DNA from: Candidatus Zixiibacteriota bacterium
Lineage (GTDB): Bacteria > Zixibacteria > MSB-5A5 > GN15 > FEB-12
Direction of reading: 5' to 3'
NCBI GenBank assembly: GCA_020351995.1
Contig: CP070674.1
Location: forward strand, 3,226,007-3,290,006
DNA length: 64,000 bases
Part shown: in pieces, positions 19,614 through 29,099 of the stretch
Numbering within the stretch: the stretch's first letter is position 1
Layout: the number at the start of each line of letters is the position of its first letter
Position numbers and translations under genes: made by a program
Notes under the pieces: generated by a model
What the model was told of the DNA's origin: nothing
What the model saw: only the letters and a program-made list of their open reading frames with translations
The model's database searches: none

Positions 19614-22613
19614 TTAGAACGATACGCGCAGACCGGCAAAGATCATCCGCGGATTGGACCAGTTCTTGGGGTTGTTCTGCAGAAGATTATACCTGTACGC
19701 GAATTCTTCGCCAGTTTCCGGATCAGCCGCGCGTACCTGGCCTTCTTCGGTCTCAAGATAACCAGTCGTGTTTGGCTCACCGGTACCCTCATATACCGAA
19801 AGGATGTTCTCGCGGTTCAGCAGATTCTTGACCCAGATGTAGGGGCGGATTTTGAAATTGCCGACATCGAATGTCCGCTCCATCTTCAGGTCAATCACGA
19901 AGGTCCACGGCATATTGGCGGAGTTGAGGCCGCCGGTCGGAGCCTGCTGGACCGACTTGTTGGTGACGGCGTCATATGGCTCCATCGGCGTATAGGGCAG
20001 ACCGCTGGCAAGCTGAGCAACCACGTTCAAACCAAAGTTCTCCAGTGGGTGATAGTTGCCGAGCATCGGGCCCTCACCCTTGAGGGTGCGAATGTCGAAG
20101 ATACCGATGACGCTATGACGCTGGTCATAGTCGAGAGGCGAAGTGGACTTGGGTGTTCCGGTCGGGTTCTTCCAAGCGATATTGAACATGCTGTTAGCAT
20201 ACGAACCGGTTCCGTTGGCATAGCTGAGAGTATATTTCACCTGGAGCATGATATTACGAGTACGGCGCATATTAAGGCTGAAATCGACACCCTTAATCGT
20301 ACCGTAGTCGGTGTTGCCATAGTAGTCGTATGCCGTTGGATACGCTGGAGTCTGGTGGAAGATGGCGACCAGATCCTGAACGTCCTTGTAATACGCGGTC
20401 ACGTCGAAGGCCGTGAACTCACCCAGCTGGTGCGTAATACCCACTTCATACTGGGTAACTTTCTCGGGCTTCAGGTTCGGGTTCGGGAACGCGAAGTACG
20501 AGCCGGCGTCTACACGGGAGGCCAGGAAGTCATATCCGACATAGAGGTTTTGAAGGTCGGGCCGCTGATAGAACTTACCATAGTTGACATGGAGTTGAGT
20601 AACGTCGCTGACCGGGAAGGAGATACCCAGACGCGGGGAAAGGCGCGTAAATACCTCGCTATCTTCAAGGTCGCTCGCATCAATTGCCCTGTCAATATCT
20701 TCCGGGGCAATGTCGGGGTCAAGCCACGTGGAGTCAGGATCAATGGGGGCCTCGACGTTGCGCAGCCGCTTGGCGTTGTAGTCAAACAAGTCGAAACGCA
20801 CCCCGGCACTGACAATTAAACCACGCCAGTCGAAACGATCCTGCAGGTAAAGACCCAGGTTGATCGGATGTTTGGCACCGAAAGCGTAGATAGTATCCAG
20901 GATTCCGCCAGAGAGGGTAATAGTATCCTCAATGGAGAAGTCCTCACGATCGGACACTTCGCCGTAAATGTCATAGCCGAAGCGGTTCCAGCGCTGTTCG
21001 TTCCAACCCTTGGTGGCGTCACCCGTATTGAGGCGACGGACCGAATGACGCTGGAAGTCGAAACCGAATTTCAGCGTATGGCTGGGTGTCACCTGGCTGG
21101 TGATGTCACCCTTGAAGCCGATATACGATGATTTGCGTAATAACACTACCGGCTGGTAGGATTCGAGATATACCAGGAAGGTATCGTCATCGTCACCGGC
21201 AGCGACGGCGGGGTTGATCTCACTCTCGAATACGCTATCGCCCTCACGGAACAGGTTATGGATATCCCATTCCGGGTTGGCGAACTCGTCACCCCTAATA
21301 AACCGCTGATAGGCCTCGATATCATCAAACAGATCACCATCACCGCGGATTCTCTCGGTCGAGAAGAACGAAGCGCTCAAGTTATAGAAAGTCTTGGCGT
21401 CCAGCGTATGGGTGACCTTGGCGTTGAGACCGATGTTCTCATCACGGTAGCGACGGGCATGATCGATCTGGCCGGGGAAAGCCGGGTTGTTATAGAAGTG
21501 CCAGTATTCGGACCAGCGATCGATCGAACCGTTGCCGTTAACGGTGAATTTGAGATTCGGGGTAACGTTGTAGTCGATCTTACCCTGATAGGACCAGCCT
21601 TCGAGCCAGTTCTTGGGCATGGTGTAGCCGTTGTAAACACCGCCATAAAGAGTATCAAGACCGGCATCCGCCCAGATGTCATGAGTCTTAATGGACGGGT
21701 TGCGGTCCTCCAGATAGCGACGCTCGCCCGAGAAATAGAAGAAACCGTTCTCCGTTCCCGGGATGGGACCGCTTACGTCGGCCGTGTAGTAGTTATGATC
21801 GAAAACAGGTTTATTCTCGCCTTCAAGGAAGTTATCCGTGACGCCTTCGAGGGCAGCATGATACTCATTGCTACCGGAGTTGGTGACCACGTTGACAATA
21901 CCGGAGGCAACGTGACCATACTCGGCCGAGAACGCGCCTGACTGAACCGACACTTCCTGGATGGCGTTGTTACTGATATTCGCCGTCGAGATACCTGTCA
22001 GCGGGTCCTGCTGGGAGAAACCATCGACATAGTAAGCGACCTCGGAAGGACGGCCGCCACGAAGGTTAATCTCAGCACCATTGGCAAGGTTCTCACGACC
22101 GGCGCGTTGCCGGATGTCGACGTTGGCGTTCATACGCACAACGCTGTTCTGAATTCCGACAACCTGCTCGAAACCACGGGTCGGCAACGCCTGAAGTTCA
22201 TCTCCTCTGATGACGTTGATACTCGTGGTCTTGTCGCGAATCACCAGCTTATCCTCGGCCCTTACCTCGATGACGGTGCCGAGTTCAGCCGCCTCGGGCT
22301 GCATCGCCTGGTTCTGATACGCGGCCAGATCGGCGTGGACAAGCACGTTGGATACTTCCACCGTCGAGTAGCCCACGGCGCTCATAACGACCGTGTATGT
22401 TCCTACAGGCACATTCAAGATGGAGTACCGACCATCCGCGTCGGTGATTGCACCCCAAGTTGTACCCTGCACAGACACGGTCACACCTACCAGCGGTTGC
22501 TGGGTTTCGGCATCTGTGACCACACCTGTAATCTTCCCAACTACTGCACTAAAAACAGAACCTGTTAGTAGAAGCAGCAGGGTACACGTGATACACAAGA
22601 GTTTAAGCTTCAT
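19614..22613 (-). CDS. TonB-dependent receptor with N-terminal carboxypeptidase-regulatory-like domain
   Basis: GKITGVVTDAET..PLVG, plug RGGRPSEVAYYVDG, GAFSAEYG...SGIVNVVT, SPRLG.SFP, NPR..FAGLRVSF terminus. Confidence 0.92.
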   Translation of the reverse strand: MKLKLLCITCTLLLLLTGSVFSAVVGKITGVVTDAETQQPLVGVTVSVQGTTWGAITDADGRYSILNVPVGTYTVVMSAVGYSTVEVSNVLVHADLAAYQNQAMQPEAAELGTVIEVRAEDKLVIRDKTTSINVIRGDELQALPTRGFEQVVGIQNSVVRMNANVDIRQRAGRENLANGAEINLRGGRPSEVAYYVDGFSQQDPLTGISTANISNNAIQEVSVQSGAFSAEYGHVASGIVNVVTNSGSNEYHAALEGVTDNFLEGENKPVFDHNYYTADVSGPIPGTENGFFYFSGERRYLEDRNPSIKTHDIWADAGLDTLYGGVYNGYTMPKNWLEGWSYQGKIDYNVTPNLKFTVNGNGSIDRWSEYWHFYNNPAFPGQIDHARRYRDENIGLNAKVTHTLDAKTFYNLSASFFSTERIRGDGDLFDDIEAYQRFIRGDEFANPEWDIHNLFREGDSVFESEINPAVAAGDDDDTFLVYLESYQPVVLLRKSSYIGFKGDITSQVTPSHTLKFGFDFQRHSVRRLNTGDATKGWNEQRWNRFGYDIYGEVSDREDFSIEDTITLSGGILDTIYAFGAKHPINLGLYLQDRFDWRGLIVSAGVRFDLFDYNAKRLRNVEAPIDPDSTWLDPDIAPEDIDRAIDASDLEDSEVFTRLSPRLGISFPVSDVTQLHVNYGKFYQRPDLQNLYVGYDFLASRVDAGSYFAFPNPNLKPEKVTQYEVGITHQLGEFTAFDVTAYYKDVQDLVAIFHQTPAYPTAYDYYGNTDYGTIKGVDFSLNMRRTRNIMLQVKYTLSYANGTGSYANSMFNIAWKNPTGTPKSTSPLDYDQRHSVIGIFDIRTLKGEGPMLGNYHPLENFGLNVVAQLASGLPYTPMEPYDAVTNKSVQQAPTGGLNSANMPWTFVIDLKMERTFDVGNFKIRPYIWVKNLLNRENILSVYEGTGEPNTTGYLETEEGQVRAADPETGEEFAYRYNLLQNNPKNWSNPRMIFAGLRVSF

Positions 22614-22969
22614 GCTTCACTTACTCCTTATCTTTTTATGAGGTTAATTTTGGTGATGAGGCAAAGAAATGCGTTAACAACCTTTCGATAAGTACCTCCT
22701 TCAAAATTTTAAAGTTACAGCTTAAAACTTGCTCCTGAATTTCCTAAAGAGAATACGCTGAAAAAGCGCATTTTTGTCAACAAAAAAAGGCCAAAAATAC
22801 TTACCCCCGTAGACATATGCGCAATAACGAAAAAAGGGTTCCCGGCGTCAACGATTCCAGGTAAGAAAATTCAAAAAAACGCCGTGCGTATCCGGCCGGC
22901 CGTGCGACAAATCAACACGGCGGTGACGACCCCGAACTCCACGTGACGGACCTGTCAAGACCGGGGTGC

Positions 22970-22997
22970 TTGACAAGGCTATAATTGGCAATAGATT
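22970..22997 (+). promoter_or_regulatory. Sigma70-like promoter upstream of a structured intergenic region
   Basis: TTGACA-N16-TAGATT. Confidence 0.4.
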
Positions 22998-23213
22998 ACA
23001 CCGCAAATGTGGTGATCAGGGGTGGGTAATTTGCAAAAAGGGGACCCTTTTGTTGCTCGCACGGTCAAGAAACCTGCTTCTCGACCCCGGTGGGGAGGAA
23101 AGACTCGGCACGGCTGTCCCTGCTGAGCACTTCTTGCGACACAAAATCTGCGAATCACACTCTGTCGCACCGTGATAACGCAGGGGTTTCCCCTGCGCTA
23201 CCACTGAATTATC

Positions 23214-23241
23214 TTGACAGTTTCGCCAAAAACCGTATAAT
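23214..23241 (+). promoter_or_regulatory. Consensus sigma70 promoter of tRNA-Glu
   Basis: TTGACA-N16-TATAAT, 22 nt before the tRNA 5' end. Confidence 0.85.
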
Positions 23242-23263
23242 GCCATGGCCAATTTGTACTGAT

Positions 23264-23336
23264 GACCCCATCGTCTAGTGGCCTAGGACACCGCCCTTTC
23301 ACGGCGGTAACACGGGTTCGACTCCCGTTGGGGTCA
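23264..23336 (+). tRNA. tRNA-Glu (TTC), CCA not encoded
   Basis: Acceptor GACCCCA/TGGGGTC; anticodon arm CCGCC-CTTTCAC-GGCGG; T arm ACGGG-TTCGACT-CCCGT. Confidence 0.97.
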
Positions 23337-23507
23337 TTTTTTCTTTAAGTTTCTTTTGGGTTGGTTTCTCCCCGTAGAATCAGCACTAATCGCTTGCCCA
23401 TCAGGACATTTCTAATTAGAATATTTATCCTGAAAACTTGAAAATAACGAACGTTTAACAATCCCAAGCCTAAGGCGATACAGCAAAAACGCCTTGCGGA
23501 GGTTGAT

Positions 23508-25127
23508 ATGAGCATTTTCCAGGTACCGTTTCCGAAAAACGAACCCATACTGGATTACGCCCCAGGCTCACCGGAACGCGCCGAACTCGAAAAAGAGCTT
23601 GCCGCCCTCAAAGCCAACCCATGCGAAATACCGCTGGTAATCGGCGGCAAGGAAATAAAAACAGGCAAAAAAGTTGACATTGCCTGCCCGCACAAACTAA
23701 GTCAGAAGTTGGGATTTTACTATCAGGGCGGGGAAGGTGAAGTAACAAAAGCGGTTGACTGTGCTCTTGAGGCCCAGAAATCCTGGGAGCATATGCCCTG
23801 GGAACATCGGGCCTCAATCTTTCTGAAAGCGGCCGAGCTTCTGGCTGGCCCTTATCGCCACAAGATGAACGCCGCCACAATGTTAGCTCACTCCAAGACC
23901 ATCTTTCAGGCCGAAATCGACGCTGTCTGCGAACTGGTCGATTTCTGGCGCTTTAACGCCTTTTACATGCAGCAGATCTATGAAATTCAGCCCGGCAACG
24001 CGCCCGGAATCTGGGACCGCCTTGACCATCGCCCCCTGGAGGGCTTCGTGTTTGCGGTCACGCCGTTTAACTTCGTGTCCATTAACGGTAATCTCCCCAC
24101 CGCTCCGGCAATGATGGGCAACGTGGTGGTGTGGAAACCGGCTTCCACCGCCACTTACACCTCCCATTTTCTCATGAAAATTTTTAAGGAGGCAGGTCTA
24201 CCAGATGGTGTTATCAACCTGATCTTCGCCAGAGGATCCGCGATCGGCGATACCGTTCTGCGCAATAAACACTTAGCTGGAATTCACTTCACCGGTTCAA
24301 CGGCTGTCTTCCAGAACATGTGGAAAACTGTCGGCGAAAATATCGCCAATTACCGGGCGTACCCGAGAATCGTAGGCGAAACGGGCGGTAAAGACTTCAT
24401 CGTGGCTCACCCCTCGGCAGACCCCGAGGCCCTGGTTACGGCCATAGTGAGAGGAGCCTTTGAGTTTCAAGGTCAGAAGTGTTCGGCGGCCTCGCGCTGC
24501 TATATCGCGGACTCGATGTGGTCGAAGATCAAGGACAACCTCATCAGGCAGGTCCAGGACCTCAAAATGGGCGACCCGGAAGACTACACCAATTTCGTAA
24601 ACGCCATTATTGATGAGAGCGCCTTTGACTCTATCGCCACCTACATCGATTTCGCCAAGCACGCGAAAGACGCTGAAATACTCTGCGGTGGCAACTTCGA
24701 CAAGTCCAAGGGCTATTATATCGAGCCTACGGTCGTGGTCACCGGCAACCCCAATTTCAAACTTATCGAAGAGGAAATTTTCGGTCCGGTGGTTACGATC
24801 TATCTGTACAAAGATGACGAATACGCCAAGGCGCTTCATCTGTGCGACCAGACCTCGCCGTACGCTCTGACCGGATCCATTTTCGCCAGCGATCGCAAAG
24901 CGATTGAGCTGGCCGAGCGGACCCTGCGACACGCGGCGGGTAATTTCTATATCAACGACAAACCCACCGGAGCCGTGGTAGGTCAGCAACCATTTGGTGG
25001 CGGACGAGCCTCGGGGACGAATGACAAGGCGGGCGGTATCCAGAATATGCTTCGCTGGACCTCGCCACGGGCCATCAAAGAGAACTTCGTTCCGCCGAAG
25101 AATTACCGCTATCCCTTTATGGGGTAG
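23508..25127 (+). CDS. pruA: L-glutamate gamma-semialdehyde (P5C) dehydrogenase
   Basis: PFNF, FTGST, ETGGK, FEFQGQKCSA, EEIFGP, QQPFGG.RASGTNDK. Confidence 0.93.
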   Translation: MSIFQVPFPKNEPILDYAPGSPERAELEKELAALKANPCEIPLVIGGKEIKTGKKVDIACPHKLSQKLGFYYQGGEGEVTKAVDCALEAQKSWEHMPWEHRASIFLKAAELLAGPYRHKMNAATMLAHSKTIFQAEIDAVCELVDFWRFNAFYMQQIYEIQPGNAPGIWDRLDHRPLEGFVFAVTPFNFVSINGNLPTAPAMMGNVVVWKPASTATYTSHFLMKIFKEAGLPDGVINLIFARGSAIGDTVLRNKHLAGIHFTGSTAVFQNMWKTVGENIANYRAYPRIVGETGGKDFIVAHPSADPEALVTAIVRGAFEFQGQKCSAASRCYIADSMWSKIKDNLIRQVQDLKMGDPEDYTNFVNAIIDESAFDSIATYIDFAKHAKDAEILCGGNFDKSKGYYIEPTVVVTGNPNFKLIEEEIFGPVVTIYLYKDDEYAKALHLCDQTSPYALTGSIFASDRKAIELAERTLRHAAGNFYINDKPTGAVVGQQPFGGGRASGTNDKAGGIQNMLRWTSPRAIKENFVPPKNYRYPFMG

Positions 25128-25161
25128 GCGGCCTCGCAGTCGATTATATACCGGGCCAAAT

Positions 25162-25193
25162 AAAAAACCCGCTCCTCATTGGAGCGGGTTTTT
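25162..25193. terminator. Bidirectional intrinsic terminator
   Basis: AAAAAACCCGCTCC-TCATT-GGAGCGGGTTTTT between convergent genes. Confidence 0.9.
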
Positions 25194-25212
25194 GTCAGGT
25201 CCTGCAGGACTC

Positions 25213-26346
25213 TCACATAATCATTTCTATCAGGGCGCCAACATCGAGCATGTCGAATCGGCCGCTCTGGTCAACATCCATGAGTTCATCCACCTTACAG
25301 CCGTCGAGGGTGCATCCCGGACCGTCGCCAAAGAGGTGATCGGTCATGAAAACTACATCATCGATGCCCAGCGACCCGTCGAAGTTTACGTCGCCCTGAC
25401 TTATATTCATGGCGAAGTCCCCATACAGGGTTCGTTCTGTCCCGATGTAGTAATTGTATGTCACAAAATACTCACCTATAAAATCATCAGGCGGGAGCGG
25501 ACGGAAACCACCTGAGCCCAAAAAACGCATCAGGAAGCAGTCGGTGACGATAAGGTCATCATCCTCTATCCAGGCCTGGTCCTGAGTGTAGGTGGGAATC
25601 TGGCCGAATACCTTCACCGACGACAGATCAACGATCCCGATGTTCAGTTCGCACTCGATATAGACTTTGAGGACTCGATCGTTGTCGTTAACTCCGAGCT
25701 CGACCGGCTGCGGCCAGCAGTAGGTGAAAGGTCCCCCCTGGCACGGATTGTAATTGACCAGCCATTCATAGGGTCCACCCCATGAGACATCCTCTTCCAC
25801 GCCGGTCCACAACCATAAGTTGGCTGGTGGCCACCAGGTCGTGTCGAGGGTGAGGGTCTCCCAGTAACCACCGACGTCACTCAGATGAAGGGTGTAGGCA
25901 ATGTCGTCGAAGTCGGCGGGCATGCCGTCTCCCGAACCGGTCAGCGCCACCATACCGTAACCTCCTAGACCCTTGTCGATATAGGACTCGACCGTAGTGT
26001 AATCGAACCATGCATAACATTCCTCCCAGGGGTAACAGCCAAGAAGAAGGGCTTCCTCTACACCCCAGGGATATGCTCCGTTCCACTTGACACTGATGCT
26101 GTCGATAGATACTCCGGACCCGTGGAAGTAGAAGCCGTTTGATATAGCGGTGCGTGCTTGATCCACGTTAGTGAACCGAATGGGGATACTTACTAAAGAG
26201 CCGTCGACTATAACATTAGTGCCGGGCAAGACTCCCGTCACTTCACTCATGTCGACCCAGACAGCCGGCAAGGGCTGCTGGGCATCAGCCGTGAAAGCCA
26301 ATACCTGCAACAACACAACTGTCGATAAAAGGACAAATTTCCTCAT
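25213..26346 (-). CDS. Secreted protein, paralog A: cohesin-like beta domain, conserved middle domain, C-terminal dockerin-like pair
   Basis: Signal peptide; GDVNFDGSLGIDD and DVDQSGRFDMLD Ca-loop repeats. Confidence 0.75.
   Translation of the reverse strand: MRKFVLLSTVVLLQVLAFTADAQQPLPAVWVDMSEVTGVLPGTNVIVDGSLVSIPIRFTNVDQARTAISNGFYFHGSGVSIDSISVKWNGAYPWGVEEALLLGCYPWEECYAWFDYTTVESYIDKGLGGYGMVALTGSGDGMPADFDDIAYTLHLSDVGGYWETLTLDTTWWPPANLWLWTGVEEDVSWGGPYEWLVNYNPCQGGPFTYCWPQPVELGVNDNDRVLKVYIECELNIGIVDLSSVKVFGQIPTYTQDQAWIEDDDLIVTDCFLMRFLGSGGFRPLPPDDFIGEYFVTYNYYIGTERTLYGDFAMNISQGDVNFDGSLGIDDVVFMTDHLFGDGPGCTLDGCKVDELMDVDQSGRFDMLDVGALIEMIM
25219..25323. repeat. Exact 105-bp direct repeat, copy 1 (3' end of paralog A)
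   Basis: Base-by-base identical to 26376-26480. Confidence 0.95.
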
Positions 26347-26369
26347 TACCTCCCTCCAATCCTTTGTTT

Positions 26370-27509
26370 TCAGTAAATCATTTCTATCAGGGCGCCAACA
26401 TCGAGCATGTCGAATCGGCCGCTCTGGTCAACATCCATGAGTTCATCCACCTTACAGCCGTCGAGGGTGCATCCCGGACCTCCGCCGAACAGGTATTCTA
26501 TCATGAAGGTCACATCATCAAGACTGACCATACCGTCAAACGTCACATCCCCCCAAACGAAACTCAGAACGAAATTGCCTTCCAGGGAATATTCCGTGCC
26601 GTTTTTCACGTAAGTCACAAAATAGGTATCGTCGACACCTTCAGGAGTCAGCGGACGGAAACCGGCGCAGCCCAGAAAGCGCATCAGGAAGGCGTCGGTG
26701 ACAATCGAATCCCCCTCGATCCACGCCACACCATCGTTGGTCAGGCTGGGAATTTTGCCGAAGATAAGAACGGAAGCCAGGTCAACTTCGTCGTTATCCT
26801 CGCAGAAGATGGATACGTTCAGGACGCGGTCATTGTCGTAGATGCCCGGTTTCATTGGCTGCGGCCAGCAAGTGGTATATGGTTCGGAGCAGCTGGAACC
26901 TCTTTCGAACAGAAAATCGTAGGGCCCACCCCAGGAGACATTGGTGCCAACTCCGCTCCATTCCCAAAAGCCGCTAAACGGCGACCAGGTACTGTCCATA
27001 GTCAAAATGGCTCCGGGGGGGCCGGACACGCCGGTCAGGGTAAAAGTGCAGGCGATATCGTCAAAATCGGCCGGCAAACCAGTGCCCTCGTACGAAAGCC
27101 CGGCCAGGGCGAAGCCTCCCAGGCCCCTGGTGATAGGGGTGCTGTCCAGGTATAAGTCAAACCATGAATAGCAGGGCGGGGTATTCCAGGGCAAGCAGTC
27201 AAGGTAGTAGGCCTGCTCAAAACCCCACATGTATTCGTCGTTCCATTTGACACTAATGTCTTCTATCGTGACGGCGGACGACTGAAAATAGTAAGCATTC
27301 CTGATAAAAGTACGGGCGTCGTCAACGTTATGGAAACGGACCGGAATAGTCAGATCAGTACCGCCAATAGGTATTCTGCCTTCGGCCGTGAGCCCCCCGA
27401 CTTCATCCACGTTGACAAAAACAGCTGGTGACGGTTCCTGCGCACTGACTGACGCGGTTGTTGATAGAATCACTGCAAGAATCGCGCGAAACAGGTACTT
27501 GCTCATCAC
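26370..27509 (-). CDS. Secreted protein, paralog B, C-terminal dockerin-like pair
   Basis: Colinear with paralog A; GDVTFDGMVSLDD / DVDQSGRFDMLD. Confidence 0.75.
   Translation of the reverse strand: MMSKYLFRAILAVILSTTASVSAQEPSPAVFVNVDEVGGLTAEGRIPIGGTDLTIPVRFHNVDDARTFIRNAYYFQSSAVTIEDISVKWNDEYMWGFEQAYYLDCLPWNTPPCYSWFDLYLDSTPITRGLGGFALAGLSYEGTGLPADFDDIACTFTLTGVSGPPGAILTMDSTWSPFSGFWEWSGVGTNVSWGGPYDFLFERGSSCSEPYTTCWPQPMKPGIYDNDRVLNVSIFCEDNDEVDLASVLIFGKIPSLTNDGVAWIEGDSIVTDAFLMRFLGCAGFRPLTPEGVDDTYFVTYVKNGTEYSLEGNFVLSFVWGDVTFDGMVSLDDVTFMIEYLFGGGPGCTLDGCKVDELMDVDQSGRFDMLDVGALIEMIY
26376..26480. repeat. Exact 105-bp direct repeat, copy 2 (3' end of paralog B)
   Basis: Base-by-base identical to 25219-25323. 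Confidence 0.95.
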
Positions 27510-27528
27510 CTTTCTCCAAAGTTGTGGT

Positions 27529-28917
27529 TTAATAAATCATCTCTATCAGCGCACGAACGTCGAGCAGGTCGATGCGTCCACTTCCATCGATATCCATGCA
27601 CTCGTCCATGCTTTCGTTATAGAGTCTGGTCTTGGCCCCCCCGTTGAACAACCAGTCAATCATCAGGACCACGTCCTCAAGGTTAACCGACCCGTCGAAG
27701 TTCACGTCGCCCTGACTGATATTCATAGCGTAGTCCCCAACCAGAGTTTTCGTTTCCCCGGCACAGCTGTATGTTACGAAATACTCACCAGTGAAGTCAT
27801 CGGGCGGAAGGGGTCGGAAACCGCCGGAACCCAGAAAGCGCATCAGGAAACAGTCGGTTACGATTGAATCGCCCTCGATCCAGGCTTCGCCATCGTTGCT
27901 GTAAGACGGAATTTTGCCGAACACACGCACGGATGCGAGGTCAACCTTGTCGTTATATTCACTGAAAATCGAAACGTTCAGAATACCATCGTTGTCATTG
28001 ACACCCAACTCCACCGGTTGCGGCCAGCACCTGGTATAGGCACAGGAGATGACATCAATCACGAACGATTGTTCGTCTACACCGTGATCGTTTGACACCA
28101 CGACCTTGACCCAGTAGTAGCCCGGTGAACCGCAGACCCAGTTGATTTCACCGGTGGCAGGATCGATTGTCATGCCTGCGGGAGACGCCGCTAATGTGTA
28201 AGCAAGCGGCTCAGCCCCATCCGCGTCGACATCGTAGTAGAAAGCGTCACCCGGACAGTAAGATGCCGTCGGAGGAGCGGATGTGATATGCGGGACCACC
28301 CATGACCCGATGGAGAACTCGTACGGCCCGCCCCAGGAAGGTATGCCAGGAATATCCCACATCCAAATCCAATATGGTTCCCATGACGTGGAATCCAAAA
28401 CCAGGCGGGTTCCCGCGGCGCCCGTGATACCCTTGACGGTAAACCTGTAAATCCAGTCGTCGAAGCCTGGAGGCAGACCAGTGCCGTTCTCAGCCAAACC
28501 GGTTATACCAATACCACCAAGACCCTTGGAAATCTGGATGTCATTGAAGTACATGTCAAACCAGGAGTAGCAATTGAACGGCTCAAACGGGTAGCACTCA
28601 TTCGAAATCGCGCACGCAAGGTCAATGTTGTATTCACAGTTCTTCTCGAAGTCAATTCCCGTGATGGTGACACCGTCGGGCGAATCGAAGTAGAAGCCGT
28701 TAGAAATCCAAGTGCGGAAATCATCTTCGCCATCCGAATTGAGGAAATGAATGGGAATGACCAGGTCGGCCCCGCCTTCAGGGATACAACCATTTTCATC
28801 GAGGCCCTCTACCTCGGTTAAGTCAACGTAGATTGCCGGTAATGGCTCCTGGGCACTCAAGACCACAGCTAGAGACAGAAGCGCAACGATCGTCAGTAAG
28901 AAAGCTGACTTTTTCAT
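27529..28917 (-). CDS. Secreted protein, paralog C, with inserted putative Ig (He_PIG-like) domain and dockerin-like pair
   Basis: ATG 28917 with GGAGG RBS; extra segment YDVDADG..LAYTL...PAGMTIDPATGEINW; GDVNFDGSVNLED / DIDGSGRIDLLD. Confidence 0.75.
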   Translation of the reverse strand: MKKSAFLLTIVALLSLAVVLSAQEPLPAIYVDLTEVEGLDENGCIPEGGADLVIPIHFLNSDGEDDFRTWISNGFYFDSPDGVTITGIDFEKNCEYNIDLACAISNECYPFEPFNCYSWFDMYFNDIQISKGLGGIGITGLAENGTGLPPGFDDWIYRFTVKGITGAAGTRLVLDSTSWEPYWIWMWDIPGIPSWGGPYEFSIGSWVVPHITSAPPTASYCPGDAFYYDVDADGAEPLAYTLAASPAGMTIDPATGEINWVCGSPGYYWVKVVVSNDHGVDEQSFVIDVISCAYTRCWPQPVELGVNDNDGILNVSIFSEYNDKVDLASVRVFGKIPSYSNDGEAWIEGDSIVTDCFLMRFLGSGGFRPLPPDDFTGEYFVTYSCAGETKTLVGDYAMNISQGDVNFDGSVNLEDVVLMIDWLFNGGAKTRLYNESMDECMDIDGSGRIDLLDVRALIEMIY

Positions 28918-29099
28918 TTGAACCCTCCACAAAGTGATTGTTTGCTAAACAAATGTCCGAGAAGCTCCGCCGACACCGCAAAAGCAATAGAGAAACTCTG
29001 ATGTATATCCAACAAGGTGTTGAATCCTCCTTGAACCGCAGTATGGCGATGCGTGAGGTTTTTGGGGTCGATCGGTGAAGTTAGTGCTGTCTACATAAA

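Noticed and set aside
22750-22780. Minus-strand TTGACA...TATTCT promoter for the TBDR operon
   Set aside because: The 19-nt spacer is outside the usual range; too weak to list.
23095-23102. GAGGAAAG resembling RNase P RNA conserved region I
   Set aside because: It is followed by ACTC rather than TCC, the 3' P4 partner (AGAACCCGGCTTA-like) is absent, and the region is too short.
23508-25127. pruA without an adjacent proline dehydrogenase
   Set aside because: Monofunctional PruA unlinked to PutB is common and not informative from one window.
25219-26480. 105-bp repeat as a DGR template/variable pair or CRISPR
   Set aside because: The copies are fully identical (no adenine-specific mismatches), only two exist, there are no spacers, and no reverse transcriptase or cas gene is in the window.
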